Shown here: one piece after another, positions 49,661 through 60,000 of the stretch | Numbering within the stretch: the first letter of the stretch is position 1 | How the letters are laid out: the number at the start of each line of letters is the position of its first letter | Assembly: GCA_013239625.1 (NCBI GenBank) | Contig: MU054391.1 | Location: forward strand, 5,291,824-5,351,823 | Source: Lama guanicoe | Taxonomy: Eukaryota | Length of the DNA: 60,000 nt | Reading direction: 5' to 3' | Position numbers and translations under genes: made by a program | The notes under the pieces: generated by a model | The model's database searches: none | What the model saw: the letters and a program-made list of their open reading frames with translations, nothing else | Told to the model about the DNA's origin: nothing

Positions 49661-51984
49661 GCTGCCTTTGTAGAGCCCGGGCTGGACAAGGCCCTGCCTG
49701 CTGATGCCTCTGTGACCAGCGCACCCCCTCTCTCTTGTTGTCTGTTTCAGTACCATGCCTCTATTGCATTTCTTGAGTGGATGCTTCTGGGGAATCCTTG
49801 CTGAAGCTCTGTTTCCTCTCTGCCTCCTCTGTCCATGGAGCTGCATGGTTCCTCCTTACTCTTGTGCCTTGGTACTGTGGCACGTTCTGCTGACATGCCC
49901 AGCCTTGCTGAGCTGAGCGGCCCCAGGCATCGCTCACACCCTGGCAGGAGGGCTGCCCTGTTAACAGGATTATTAATGACGTCATCCCTCCACTCGATGC
50001 TGAAGGTGGCTCTGCGATATGATTTTATACACAGATGCCATCAATAAAATCGGGTGGCTAATGAAGACAGTTCTCTGTAATGAAGAATTCCCTTGCCTTC
50101 AGATTCCAGCAGGTGGTCCGGATTTGGGGGCTTCCTTTCCCTAGTTTCCCAGAAGAAACCACAATTTATTAGTTTTTTTTTTTTAAACACTGACTACACC
50201 AATGGCTGATATTTCTTTGAGCCTTAATTCTGTGTTAACGATGGTGCTGTGTTTTAAACTGATTGGTTGGATTGTTGAATCCTTTCAACTGTCCTAAGGA
50301 GGGTAGGTCCTGTTACCTCAATTTTATAGTTGAAGAAACCAAGGCTTAGATAAGTTACACGATGGCAGGTAGCCAGCCCGTCCCGAATGAGCAGTGGATG
50401 GAGCCTCGTGCCATCGATGAGGTTAGCGTGTGTGCTTAGGGGTGTTGCTCTTGCTGGTCCTTGGGTGCCTCACCTGACGGCCGCCTGCTGGGATCTCTGT
50501 TGCTGGGAAGACCCTCTTTAGGTGTTTCTCTGCACTGCTTTAGTGCAGATTGGTAGTTGTTGACCTTCTGCAGGCCAGTCCCCATTGTTGTGACTTAGAA
50601 ATCATGAGCTCACCCAGATAGGGGTCGCCAGATTCTAACCCTGGAGGAAGTGCTTAGTTAAGTGGCCTTAACTGCCTTGGAGTGAGTTAAAGGACACATC
50701 TGCGCCCCCCCCCACCCTGAGCTGAGGGACTGAGGACACTGTCAGAGTGGCCTGTAAAGGACTCCAGGGCCACGTAGGCAGCGATCAGGTCCGTGCAGTG
50801 TTCCCTCGGTACCAGCGGATCTGTGTTTTGAGAAGTGGCCACTGAAGGTCGAGTCACAGATGTGGCGTGTCCGGGCAGACTTGGATGAGGTGTCAGCGCC
50901 CTGCTGCCAGCTCGGGAACTTTGGGGAGATTCTGGGGAGAAGGGAGAACGTTAAGTCCTTGTACTGTGTTTATTCCCCTGATAAGCCCTGACCTGCTAAC
51001 TAGCCAGGTGTTGGATCTTGCGCAGCTGGTTTCACTGGTCCAGCCTCAGTGGCCTCCCTTGTGAAGTGGAGGGTTGGGTGAGATGTTTTTGAACAGTCTG
51101 TGTCTGCAACTGTGTGCAACACAGTTCACCCTTTACTTTTTCTGACCATCTCCACTTTCTCATTCTCTTGGCTACTCATACTCATACTTTTCAAGAGGTT
51201 AGAGGTGAAAATAACCTTTTCCCTCCTCCATTCCCCTCTTTTAAAGATTTCCTTCCCCAAGATATCACTGTAGTTGATACAGTGGTTGGCCCATGAGCTG
51301 GACTTGCATTGGGCGCATCACTTAGTTTGCATTTTAAACAAGTGGGCGCTGTAGTTTCCCACTGAACTCACCTTGAAGCAGTTTTTCCAGTCTCTGCTAT
51401 GTGCTTTGGTCTCTTGATTACAGCTCTGTTGCTCCTTGCTTCTCTGGTGAAAAGCAGATTGTATTAATGATCCCAGGGTTTTGTGATCATTAAATAATTT
51501 GAACTGGTAAGCTTTGAGTTGAGTACTGATTTTCTGATATCAAGGTTCCAATAGTGTTTCCCTTGGCTTTGGCTGGGGGAGCCAGTATTTCCCTGTCAGA
51601 GGATATGCTATTACGAAGCCCTGCGGGTTTGGTTGTGTTCACATGGTGGGGTGGGGAGCACTAGCCAAGGAGTTAGAAGAGCTGATTCTCGTTCTCCTGT
51701 GGCCTCCACCACGCTCTGTGATCTCAGCCAGTCACTGCCCTGACTGGTCTCTAAAATGAGGTGTTCGGACTAGTTGACCTCCGACTACCTTCTCCAGCCT
51801 GAAAACCTCGTGGTTCTTTGTATCACATATATTGGGTTTGGAAAGACTCTAGAATGAATGGTGGGAATAAAAATCAGCAAAGAATGGTTAGTTTGTAGTC
51901 CTGAAAAAAAGTCTAGGTTCTGAATTAATTAAGTTGATTTTTGTTAAAGCTTTTCTGTGGCTTCCTAAGGTACCTGTTTTTGTT

Positions 51985-54005
51985 GTTGCTTTTTAAAAAT
52001 TGAGATACAATTCACATACCATAAAATCCACCCTTTTAAGGTGTCTAATTTGTGATTCTTAAAAAATATATTCACAAAATTGTTCAGTGATTGCCTGTAT
52101 CCAATTCCAGAACATTTTCATCATCCTAAAAAAATAAAATAAAACAAAACCCCATACCCATTAGCAGTCACTCCCCATTCCCCACTCCCCACTCCCTCAG
52201 TCCTTGACAACCACTGGTCTACTGTCTGCCTCTTTAGATTCGCCTGTTGTGAACATCTCATGTAATGGAATTCATGTAATGGGATCACACAATACGTGGC
52301 CTTGGTGTCTGTCTTCTTTCACTTAGGAGCATATTTTCAAGGCTCATCCAAGTTGTGACATGGATCTGTACTTCATTCCTCTTTCTGACTGAATAATATT
52401 TCATTGTATGTATACATATGACATTCTGTTTATTCACCAGTTGACCTGAGTCGTTTCCACCTGTTGACTATTATGAATAATGCTGCTGTGAATATTCTTG
52501 TATGAGTTTTTGGGTGGACGTATGTTTTCAGTTTTCTTGGGCGTGTATCTAGGAGTGGAATGGCTGGGGTATGTGGTAACTCTGTTGAACTTTTTGAGGA
52601 ACTGTCAGGCTATTGTCCAAAGAGCCTGCACAACTTTACATCCCCAGCAGCAATGTATAGGTTTCCGTTTTCTTCACATCCTGGTCAGCACTTGTTAATG
52701 TCTGTCTTTGTGATTATGGCCATCCCAGTGGGGGCGCAGTGGTCTCTCCTGGACCTGATCTGCATTTCCTTGATTGATGACTAGTGATATTGAGCAGTTT
52801 CACATGCCTATGACCATTGTGTATCTTCTTTGCAGAAATACCTATTTAAATCCTTTGCCCATTTTTAAATTGGATTATTGTCTTTTTATTTTTAAATTGT
52901 AACAGTTTTTTTTAATATTCTAGAAACTAGACTCAACAAATACATGATTTGCAAATATTTTCTCTCATTTTCACCCACTCAGTAGTGTCCTTTGAAGCAC
53001 AGAAATTTTGATTTGATGAAGTCCAGAATATCTGTTTTTCATTTGGTTGCCTATACTTCTGTTTTTGTACCTAAGAAACTATTGCCTAATATAAGGTCAC
53101 AGAGGTAGACACCTGTATAATCTTTTAGGAGTTTTACAGTGTTAGCCCTTGCATTGAGGTCCTTGATCCATTTTGAGTTGGTCTTGTAGGTAGGGATATG
53201 ATACGAGGTGGAATTCCACCTTCATTCTTTCCCACATGAATATCTAATTGTCCCAATACCATTTGATGAAACGGCTGTTCTTTCCCCACTGACTACTCTT
53301 GGCATCCTTTTCAGAAATCAGTTGATATTTGATATATGGGTTTATTTCTGCAATCAATTGTGTTCTATTGATCTTTATCCTTATGCCAGTGCCACACAGT
53401 CTTGATTACTGTAGGCTGACGGTAATTTTTGAAATCAGGAAGTGTGAATCCTCCAACTTTGCTTTCTTTTCCAAAATTACTTTGGCTATTCAGAGTCCCT
53501 TGTATTACCATATGAATTTTTGGATCAACTTGTCAATTACTGCAGAAAAACCTAGCTGGGATTTTGGTGCGGGATTGCACTGAGTCTGTGGATCAACTTG
53601 GGGACTGCAGACACCTTAACGGTTCATCTTAACATCTTCTGATCGATGACCCTTATTTAGGTCTTTAATTTCTTTCAAGATATTTTGTAGTTTTCAGTGT
53701 TCAAATTTTGTGCTTCTTTTGTTAAATTTATTCCTTAGTATTTTATTCTTCTTGATGCTATTATAAATGGAACTATTTTCTTAATTTCGTTTCTAGATTA
53801 TTCATTGCTAGTATATAGAAATACAGTTAATTTTTGTGTATTGATCTTAAATCCTGCAATCTTAGTGAACTTGTTTATTAGCTGTAATAGGTGTGTGTGT
53901 GTTAGGATTTTCTATATTCAAGGTCATGTCATCTTCAAATAGTGACAGTTTTATTTCTTCTTTAACAGTCTGAATGCTTTTTCTTTCTTTTCATTGCCTC
54001 ATTGC
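51985..54005 (-). mobile_element. ~2-kb L1M 3' region (ORF2 3' half plus 3' UTR), antisense to ASAP2
   Basis: aattgagatacaattcacataccataaaatccaccctttt terminus, followed by continuous antisense ORF2-like sequence to cttttcattgcctcattgc. Confidence 0.92.
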
Positions 54006-57000
54006 TGGATTGGTTATTAATCATCTTTAAATGTCCAGTGGGTTGCCCAGAATAGGGGCTTAATAACTTCATGAATGACTGACCTTGGTGTTAAGAAAAC
54101 AGTTTGTATACACAGCCTAAATGCTTATGTTTAATTTGTTTATTCTCATTTGGGCTGTGAATATACTGAGAAAAGTGGAAGACTTGCCTGCTGGGTCTCT
54201 GGTTGCAAAGTACGTTAGTGGAAATGTCACTTGCATCCGTAACTGGGTCTGAGATACCTGCCTCACTCAGCCGGGGTGCTGGACTGTACCTGGGAGGTTT
54301 ACAGTCCACGTGCTGGGCCTCGTGTGTCTCTGCAGCAGCCAGCTCGGAACAACCCGCTGTTTTCTCTGGTTAGCATGGCTTTTTGATTGCTTTTCTCTAG
54401 AAGCATCACTGTGATTTGTTCACTGTGGAGACTCCTCACTTCATGACAAAGCACAATTGTGGAGATTCCTGGTTTTCTTTTCACCTTGTACATTCTCTTG
54501 TTGGTTTTTCTTTTTTGGCAAATATGAGTGAGGTGTGTTTACTCCTCGGACTGCTGGGCTGTCAGAACATGTAGCTTTCATTTGCCTTGGTTGTGGCTTG
54601 CCAGGTCGCAGGCTTCTGATTCGGGGGAGGTACTGCTGGATGGTTTGCCAGCGGGGATGGCGCTCAGGGAAAATCGTGAGGGAGGCAGGATGGCTCTGCA
54701 CCTTCTCATCTCCCTTCACTTCCCTCCCCCGCACTCCTGTTTCTCTCCCTTGGGGACCAGGGCTAGGCGGTGTCCAAAGCTTAAAATTCTCACCTCCTCT
54801 TTTTGCCTCTGCGTTCTCTTACCTTAACTCCCTTGGTTTATTTCAGACCCTCAGGGCTCTGTACTTTCTTTTTAAAGGAGAATGTTCCAAGCAGACGGGA
54901 ATCTGGAGGGAAGCTTTAATTTGAAATTTCAGGCTAAGGCTTTCCTCCTTGGTAAGCTGCTGCTTTGGTGATGACATTTAAAGTTGGCCTCCTTTCCAAC
55001 CACACTACCTCCCCTCGGTTTTCCAGAACTGGGTTTGTTGTTCTGTCCTTTAAAAATGATTTATTATCTTCTGAAACAGTGTGGAAGGAGCTTAATTTTT
55101 GAAGTGCACAGCTCTCTTCTTTATGGTCAGAGCAAAGTAAAAGAGGTTTGATTGATCTTATGCTTTAGTCATAGCTAATGTGAAGTCTCTTAAGGGCCTC
55201 TGTTCTGTTTGCTCTTTTAATTTATGAACCTTCTTGGATCCCTGAGCATATGTGCACAAAGCCAGCGAGGCCTGATACATCACAGTCAGGGCTTTTTTCC
55301 TTGCCCCTGATACGCCGGGAGCTGGGGTAGGGTTTTGATAGTAGTTTGAATTAGGGAGTAGCAGTGTCAGTCAGCAAGTGAGTGTTTCAGAAATTTGTTA
55401 CAGTTTTTCCAAAGAAAAATGTACTATTAGGTTGAATAGTTAAGGTGGTAGGGCATGCATTAGAACCTGGAGGTAAACAAACAAAATCCTGTTAAGGGTA
55501 AAGTAGCTGCTATAAAGCCCGTCTTGTTTCTCTGTAGATCAGGGTCCTCCTCAGGATTCTAGAAAAGAGCATGGAGTGAAATGGAAATAGCCAGGACCAG
55601 TGCTCAACAGCTGAGGCCAGGGAAAGGGAGGAGAAGAGAACTGGCTGTGCTCAGAAGTGTGGGGCCAGCCCTGCTCCGGGAAGCCCTGAGGGTCCCTCCG
55701 CGGACAGCAGAGTGTGTTTAAGAAGAGCTGGAATCAGTGCTTTCTGCTGGGATTGGGGGAGAAGAGTTTGCGTGAAAATCGTTTTGAGTTTTGGGGTGTA
55801 ATTTTGGTGAGTTTTAGTTAGTGAGGAAGTTAAAGTATGTGGAACAACTCCTCCCGTTGGTGTTGTCCCAGAGGAGATGTTTAGTCCCTCCTTCAGGATG
55901 GGGCTTGGGCCATGGCACAGTGATGCAGGGATCTGTTTCTGGAACATGCAGACTTACATGAGGACCACCCTTGGCTCTCAGGCGGCTGCTGTTAAGGAGT
56001 GTGAGGAGGGGGAGGGTTAGCCGTGAGGTTTACTCTCTGATCTCCAAGTATTTTCACATTTCCTTTTTGGGGTGAGGGAGCTTCAAAATCCAGAGTGACC
56101 CCTGTTTGCAGTTAGTTTTCATATTGGACCCTCATGCCAGACTAAGGATTACTTTCTTTCACTCCATAGCGCCCAGCATGCTTCCCCGCACATGGTTCTC
56201 AGAGAATGTCTGCTGAATGTGAAGGTCTGGGTCACCATTTTGTTTTTGTGATTTTATATCTTTCCCATCAAAGGGCTTTCTGTATGTTTACAGATAAATT
56301 TGTTTTGACTTGCAAAATCAAGATTGTCACATTATTCGTTGAAAAAGGAAAATCTCTTTCTTGGTCTGACAGTATCCATCACTGACTTCCAAGCACCATC
56401 CGGCCCGCCTGCTGCATTGCTTCAGCGGTGGAGGCAGAGGGGAAGTGAGCAGCGCTCAAGTTGCCCTGTTCTGAACTCCGGCCGCTGCCAGAAGGTCTCA
56501 GGAGGGCTCATCCTGGATCACTTCTTCTTCCTCCTTTCCCTCTTCTGACTGGGCTGTTGCCCCAGAGATACATCTGAGTCGGAAGGAGGACTTGGGAGCT
56601 AGATGCCAGGGAACCTGGAAAAGAACAAAGAAAGCTGCTGCCCACCTGCTGTAATGTCAGCCGTCCAGAAACTGTGCTCTTCCCTTGCCTGGCGTCACCA
56701 GCGTGGGCTCTCCCCAGAGCTGGGAACTGCCTGGTGGTCCAGAAAGAGATTGCAGCCTGGTGGGTGTGGTCGAGGACCAGCCTCTTCTCCTGCCTGGCCT
56801 GGTGGAGGGCTTAGTGTGCACCTGGGAGGTGTGCAGGGTGGGCGATTGTCAGCGGGGCCTAGCCTGGGGGTGGGGGGAGTTGGTGTGCAGACTGAAGCAG
56901 GACTCTGCTCCCTGGGGAGACAGTCATGTGCTGGGGGCTGCCGCATGGCGGAGGACTTCCTCCCTCCTTAACTTCTAGCTTCTTCTCCAGCCTTCCTGCG

Positions 57001-57349
57001 CCCCGGGAGTTTCCGTTTCTCACTAGTAGCCTCCATCAGCTGCATCTCCTGCAGCTTTAGGGTGCCTGGCCCCTGCTGTACCCTTCAGCTCTTTGTTATG
57101 GGGGGTAGTATGAAGGGGAAGTTCGTGTTCTGTACCCTGTGTCCTGCAGTGCCCGACCTCGAGGCCTTCCTCCAGGAGCGGCTAGTGATGACTCTCAGAG
57201 CAGGGGCGCCATCGCTGCCATGGACCTGCTTCCTGCATTTGTGTTCTTATTTCCTGAAACCAAGTTGCAAACTCCTGAGAGCTGGAGCTCTTTTTTAAAT
57301 AATATGCTTGTATTTTTGTTTATACTTGACTATTTTCAAAACACTGTTT

Positions 57350-57490
57350 GAGCGGGACAGGTTTTATGCCCATTTTACAGCTGAGGGAAACAGCCTCCCA
57401 GAGGTTTCATGGCTTCATAAAAGAAGGTATTTAGTCCGAGGTAGCCCTGAGACTTGAACCAGACTCTTATCAGTGAGGGATCTTTCTGTT
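57350..57490 (-). mobile_element. MIR fragment
   Basis: cccattttacagctgagggaaac...gacttgaaccagact. Confidence 0.6.
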
Positions 57491-59774
57491 ACCCAGAGCC
57501 ATCTGAGTACCTGGGAGATGCTCAGTCGTCATTTTATCGAGTTTTTTTAAAAAAGTGTGAGTATAGTAATTATGAGCGTATGTGCTTATGCACGGATTCT
57601 ATATGCTTAGAAGCTGCTTTGTCCAATCTCTTTATTTTAAAAGGGATTCAGAATGTTGTACGTGCATTATTTGCCATGTGTTACTGTCTTCAGAAATGAT
57701 TATAGAGGACAGGTAATTTAGAGATATTTGCACATCACATCAGAAGAGTGTTAATGGTACCCATTACTATTAATACTAGTGGTATTAGCTGTTCTGGGAA
57801 AAGGTACTGTTTATTCATAATCACCAGATAATAGCAGCAGGATCGGAGAGGAAAGCCCAGACAACACTGAGTGTAGGTGTAATTATAACTTAAGCACTAT
57901 GAGGGGGATCTTTAAATGTGAGGTTTGAGAGCCGAGTTGTAGTATGAGGCATAACTCATGTCTTCAATGTGAGGTGCTCTTTGGCCGTGTTGTCCGTCTT
58001 AAATTATTTATCATTGCAACGAAGTATCTTTTGAGAGAAGCACTTCCTTCAGTGTTAAAAATATGTTTCTATCATGTGCCAGAGTGAGTATTCTTGTTAC
58101 ATTGCATATTTCTTTTTTTATATGCTGCCCACTCACTTGGTTATCCTTGAGAAGAGAGAGGGGTTTTAGGTGGTAGTTCAGTGGTACCCAGTCTCTGGGT
58201 CTATAATCATACTCTATATTTTCATAATTTTCTCATTCCTTTTGGTTGCTGTGTTTTGATAAGATCTCTGTCTTTGGGGAAGGTCAGTTGGGTGGCTGCA
58301 GAAGAATTGAGCCCCTTGGGGGGCTTATAAATGGTGTATTTTTGTTATGCTTGACAAAGTAAGTGGTACCCTTCCTCCTGAGTAGGGTTGATCCGTGATT
58401 GATGAATGAATGGTCTCTTTCCATCTGGCTGTCACACAGACAGGCGAAAACGATGGTGCCATTTGAACATTGAATTTCTCAGACTCCCCAGGGACAACAG
58501 AATGTGTGTATGAGCTGGCACACCCAAATGCAAATTATTTCTATTGATACCTAATGTATGTAAATTTATGCTGCTCAGTTGACAAAGAGATTATGAATGA
58601 TACTCTTTCCAAATAGTGTTATATAACTGAAATTTTTGTTTTATCGTCACCAAAGTTTAATTCATGCTGAATTTTTGTGACACTTCCAGCAGCTCCAAAG
58701 CCGCTCTCGAAGGTCCAGCACCAAGGTTAGATGACGTAGCTATTCTGGGGCAAGTCCTGCCTGGCTCTCTGCTGAAGGCCTTGACTGTCTTCTCCCCACA
58801 TAAGGCCCTGATCGAGGGTCGATAGTCAGGACAGGGAGGTGACTCAGCAGAGGAGAGGATTTTTTGTACAGGTTTAGGGAGATTGAGACAAGGGAGCAGT
58901 TTGGGAAGAAAGCTATCTTTTCCTTTTCAAAATTGAGTCCTTCTTTTCCCCCTGGATCATTACATCTCATTCAGGGACAAAGGATCCAGGAGATTCCAAG
59001 ATAGAAGTGTTCCATCAGCTGAGCTGGTCGAGTTGGGGAGGGGTAGGCAGCATGTGCTGGAGGGAACCCGCTAAGCCTTGGTGGTGGGTGTTACCATGCT
59101 TTGCTCTTGTTCTGAGGACCTTGGCAGTGGGCCATACTTCACTTAGTGGCCACGACAGGGGTGAGTGTTAGCCCTACTACTGTTGTGCTGTTGTCTTCAC
59201 CTTTTGCACTCCCTGAAGCCTTGCTAGAGGAGACTCCCATCTGGTGATTAACCAACCTGAGTACAGCGTGTCCCGCCCTTACTGAACTGGGCACTGGGGA
59301 TAGCTGCACGTAGGTAGGTGTGACTGCCCTCCTGGGTGAGCCCCTGGCCTGGTGGGAAAGCCAGTGTGGCTGGTGTGGTTCCTGCAGGAGCCTGAACCTT
59401 TCCTGGGTCTGGAAGCATAATCAGGCGTTAGGTAGCCTAGAGCAAGGCCTGATGCACAAAGGCCCCTCTGGGATATTTGTTGAGTAAATGACAGAATAAA
59501 TAATAGCAGAAGGTGAGAGAGCATTCTAGGATGGGGACAAGGTCTCTGAGCCTAAGATGGGGAGGTGGGTTACATGGAGCCCTCCAGGGCTGGGCCCACT
59601 GTGGTCACCTGTAGATTGGGGATAGGGCGGTATTGGGGCTCTTTGTGGGCTGGGGTAGAAGTGAGTGTGTGTGGAGTGAAGAGGGGTCCTAGCCTTGCTG
59701 TAAGAGAAGAGGGAGGCATTGGTTGGGAGTAGCTTAATGATTTCTGGAAGGGGAGGTTATGGTGTTTGCTTGTT

Positions 59775-59950
59775 CCATATCATTCATTGAAGGATTGCCT
59801 GTCCTGTTCAGGCACCGGGTGTTCACTAATGTGAGTAAAGAGTGTCCTGGATTTCTAGGAGTTCACAGTTTCCCAGTGTAAACAGATGCGTAAACAGACA
59901 ATCACAATATGGTTTGATAAATGCGGTAGGATACAGAGGCAGTTGCTATG
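59775..59950 (-). mobile_element. L2 3'-end fragment
   Basis: tcattcattgaagg...caggcac...ggagttcacagt...aaacagacaatcacaatatgg. Confidence 0.6.
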
Positions 59951-60000
59951 GCAACGCCAAGTCACTCATAGCATCCTGCAAGAGCAAACAGGCTTGCTTG

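Larger units (their letters stand above)
42165..60000 (+). other. ASAP2: ASAP2 intron 1 (continues past the window end)
   Basis: Starts at the GTGAGC donor. No sequence encoding the expected exon 2 peptide (ALDVDRMVL..., from memory) was seen. The content is MIR, L2, L1 and DNA-transposon relics. Confidence 0.85.

Noticed and set aside
56603..56971. 122-aa ATG ORF in intron 1 as an alternative ASAP2 first exon
   Set aside because: No recognisable homology. The nearby GT donors I checked (after 56733, 56759 and 56763) are in phase 2, 1 and 2, whereas exon 2 needs phase 0.
1..60000. CRISPR arrays, operons or other prokaryotic systems
   Set aside because: No regularly spaced repeats or dense gene packing. 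The window is mammalian intergenic and intronic DNA throughout.

Overview
This is mammalian genomic DNA, most likely camelid (alpaca, llama or camel), inferred from three tRNA-derived Vic-1-type SINEs and young artiodactyl-type L1 3' ends. About 41 kb is repeat-rich intergenic sequence. It is followed by a CpG-island promoter containing an 87-N assembly gap and coding exon 1 of ASAP2 (42039-42164, MPDQISVSEFVAETHEDYKAPTASSFTTRTAQCRNTVAAIEE, GT donor at 42165). The last ~18 kb is ASAP2 intron 1, and exon 2 is not in the window. Almost all other ORFs in the track are chance ORFs or decayed L1 fragments. I found no convincing new multi-gene system. The two most unusual items are inserts of unrecognised origin flanked by direct repeats. 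One is a 370-bp segment ~1.9 kb upstream of the ASAP2 start codon, with a perfect 13-bp direct repeat, a 57-aa ORF and a faint resemblance to bornavirus N. The other is a ~95-bp poly(A)-tailed, hairpin-forming insert inside a MER63 element. Repeat family names and most repeat boundaries come from visual recognition and are approximate.
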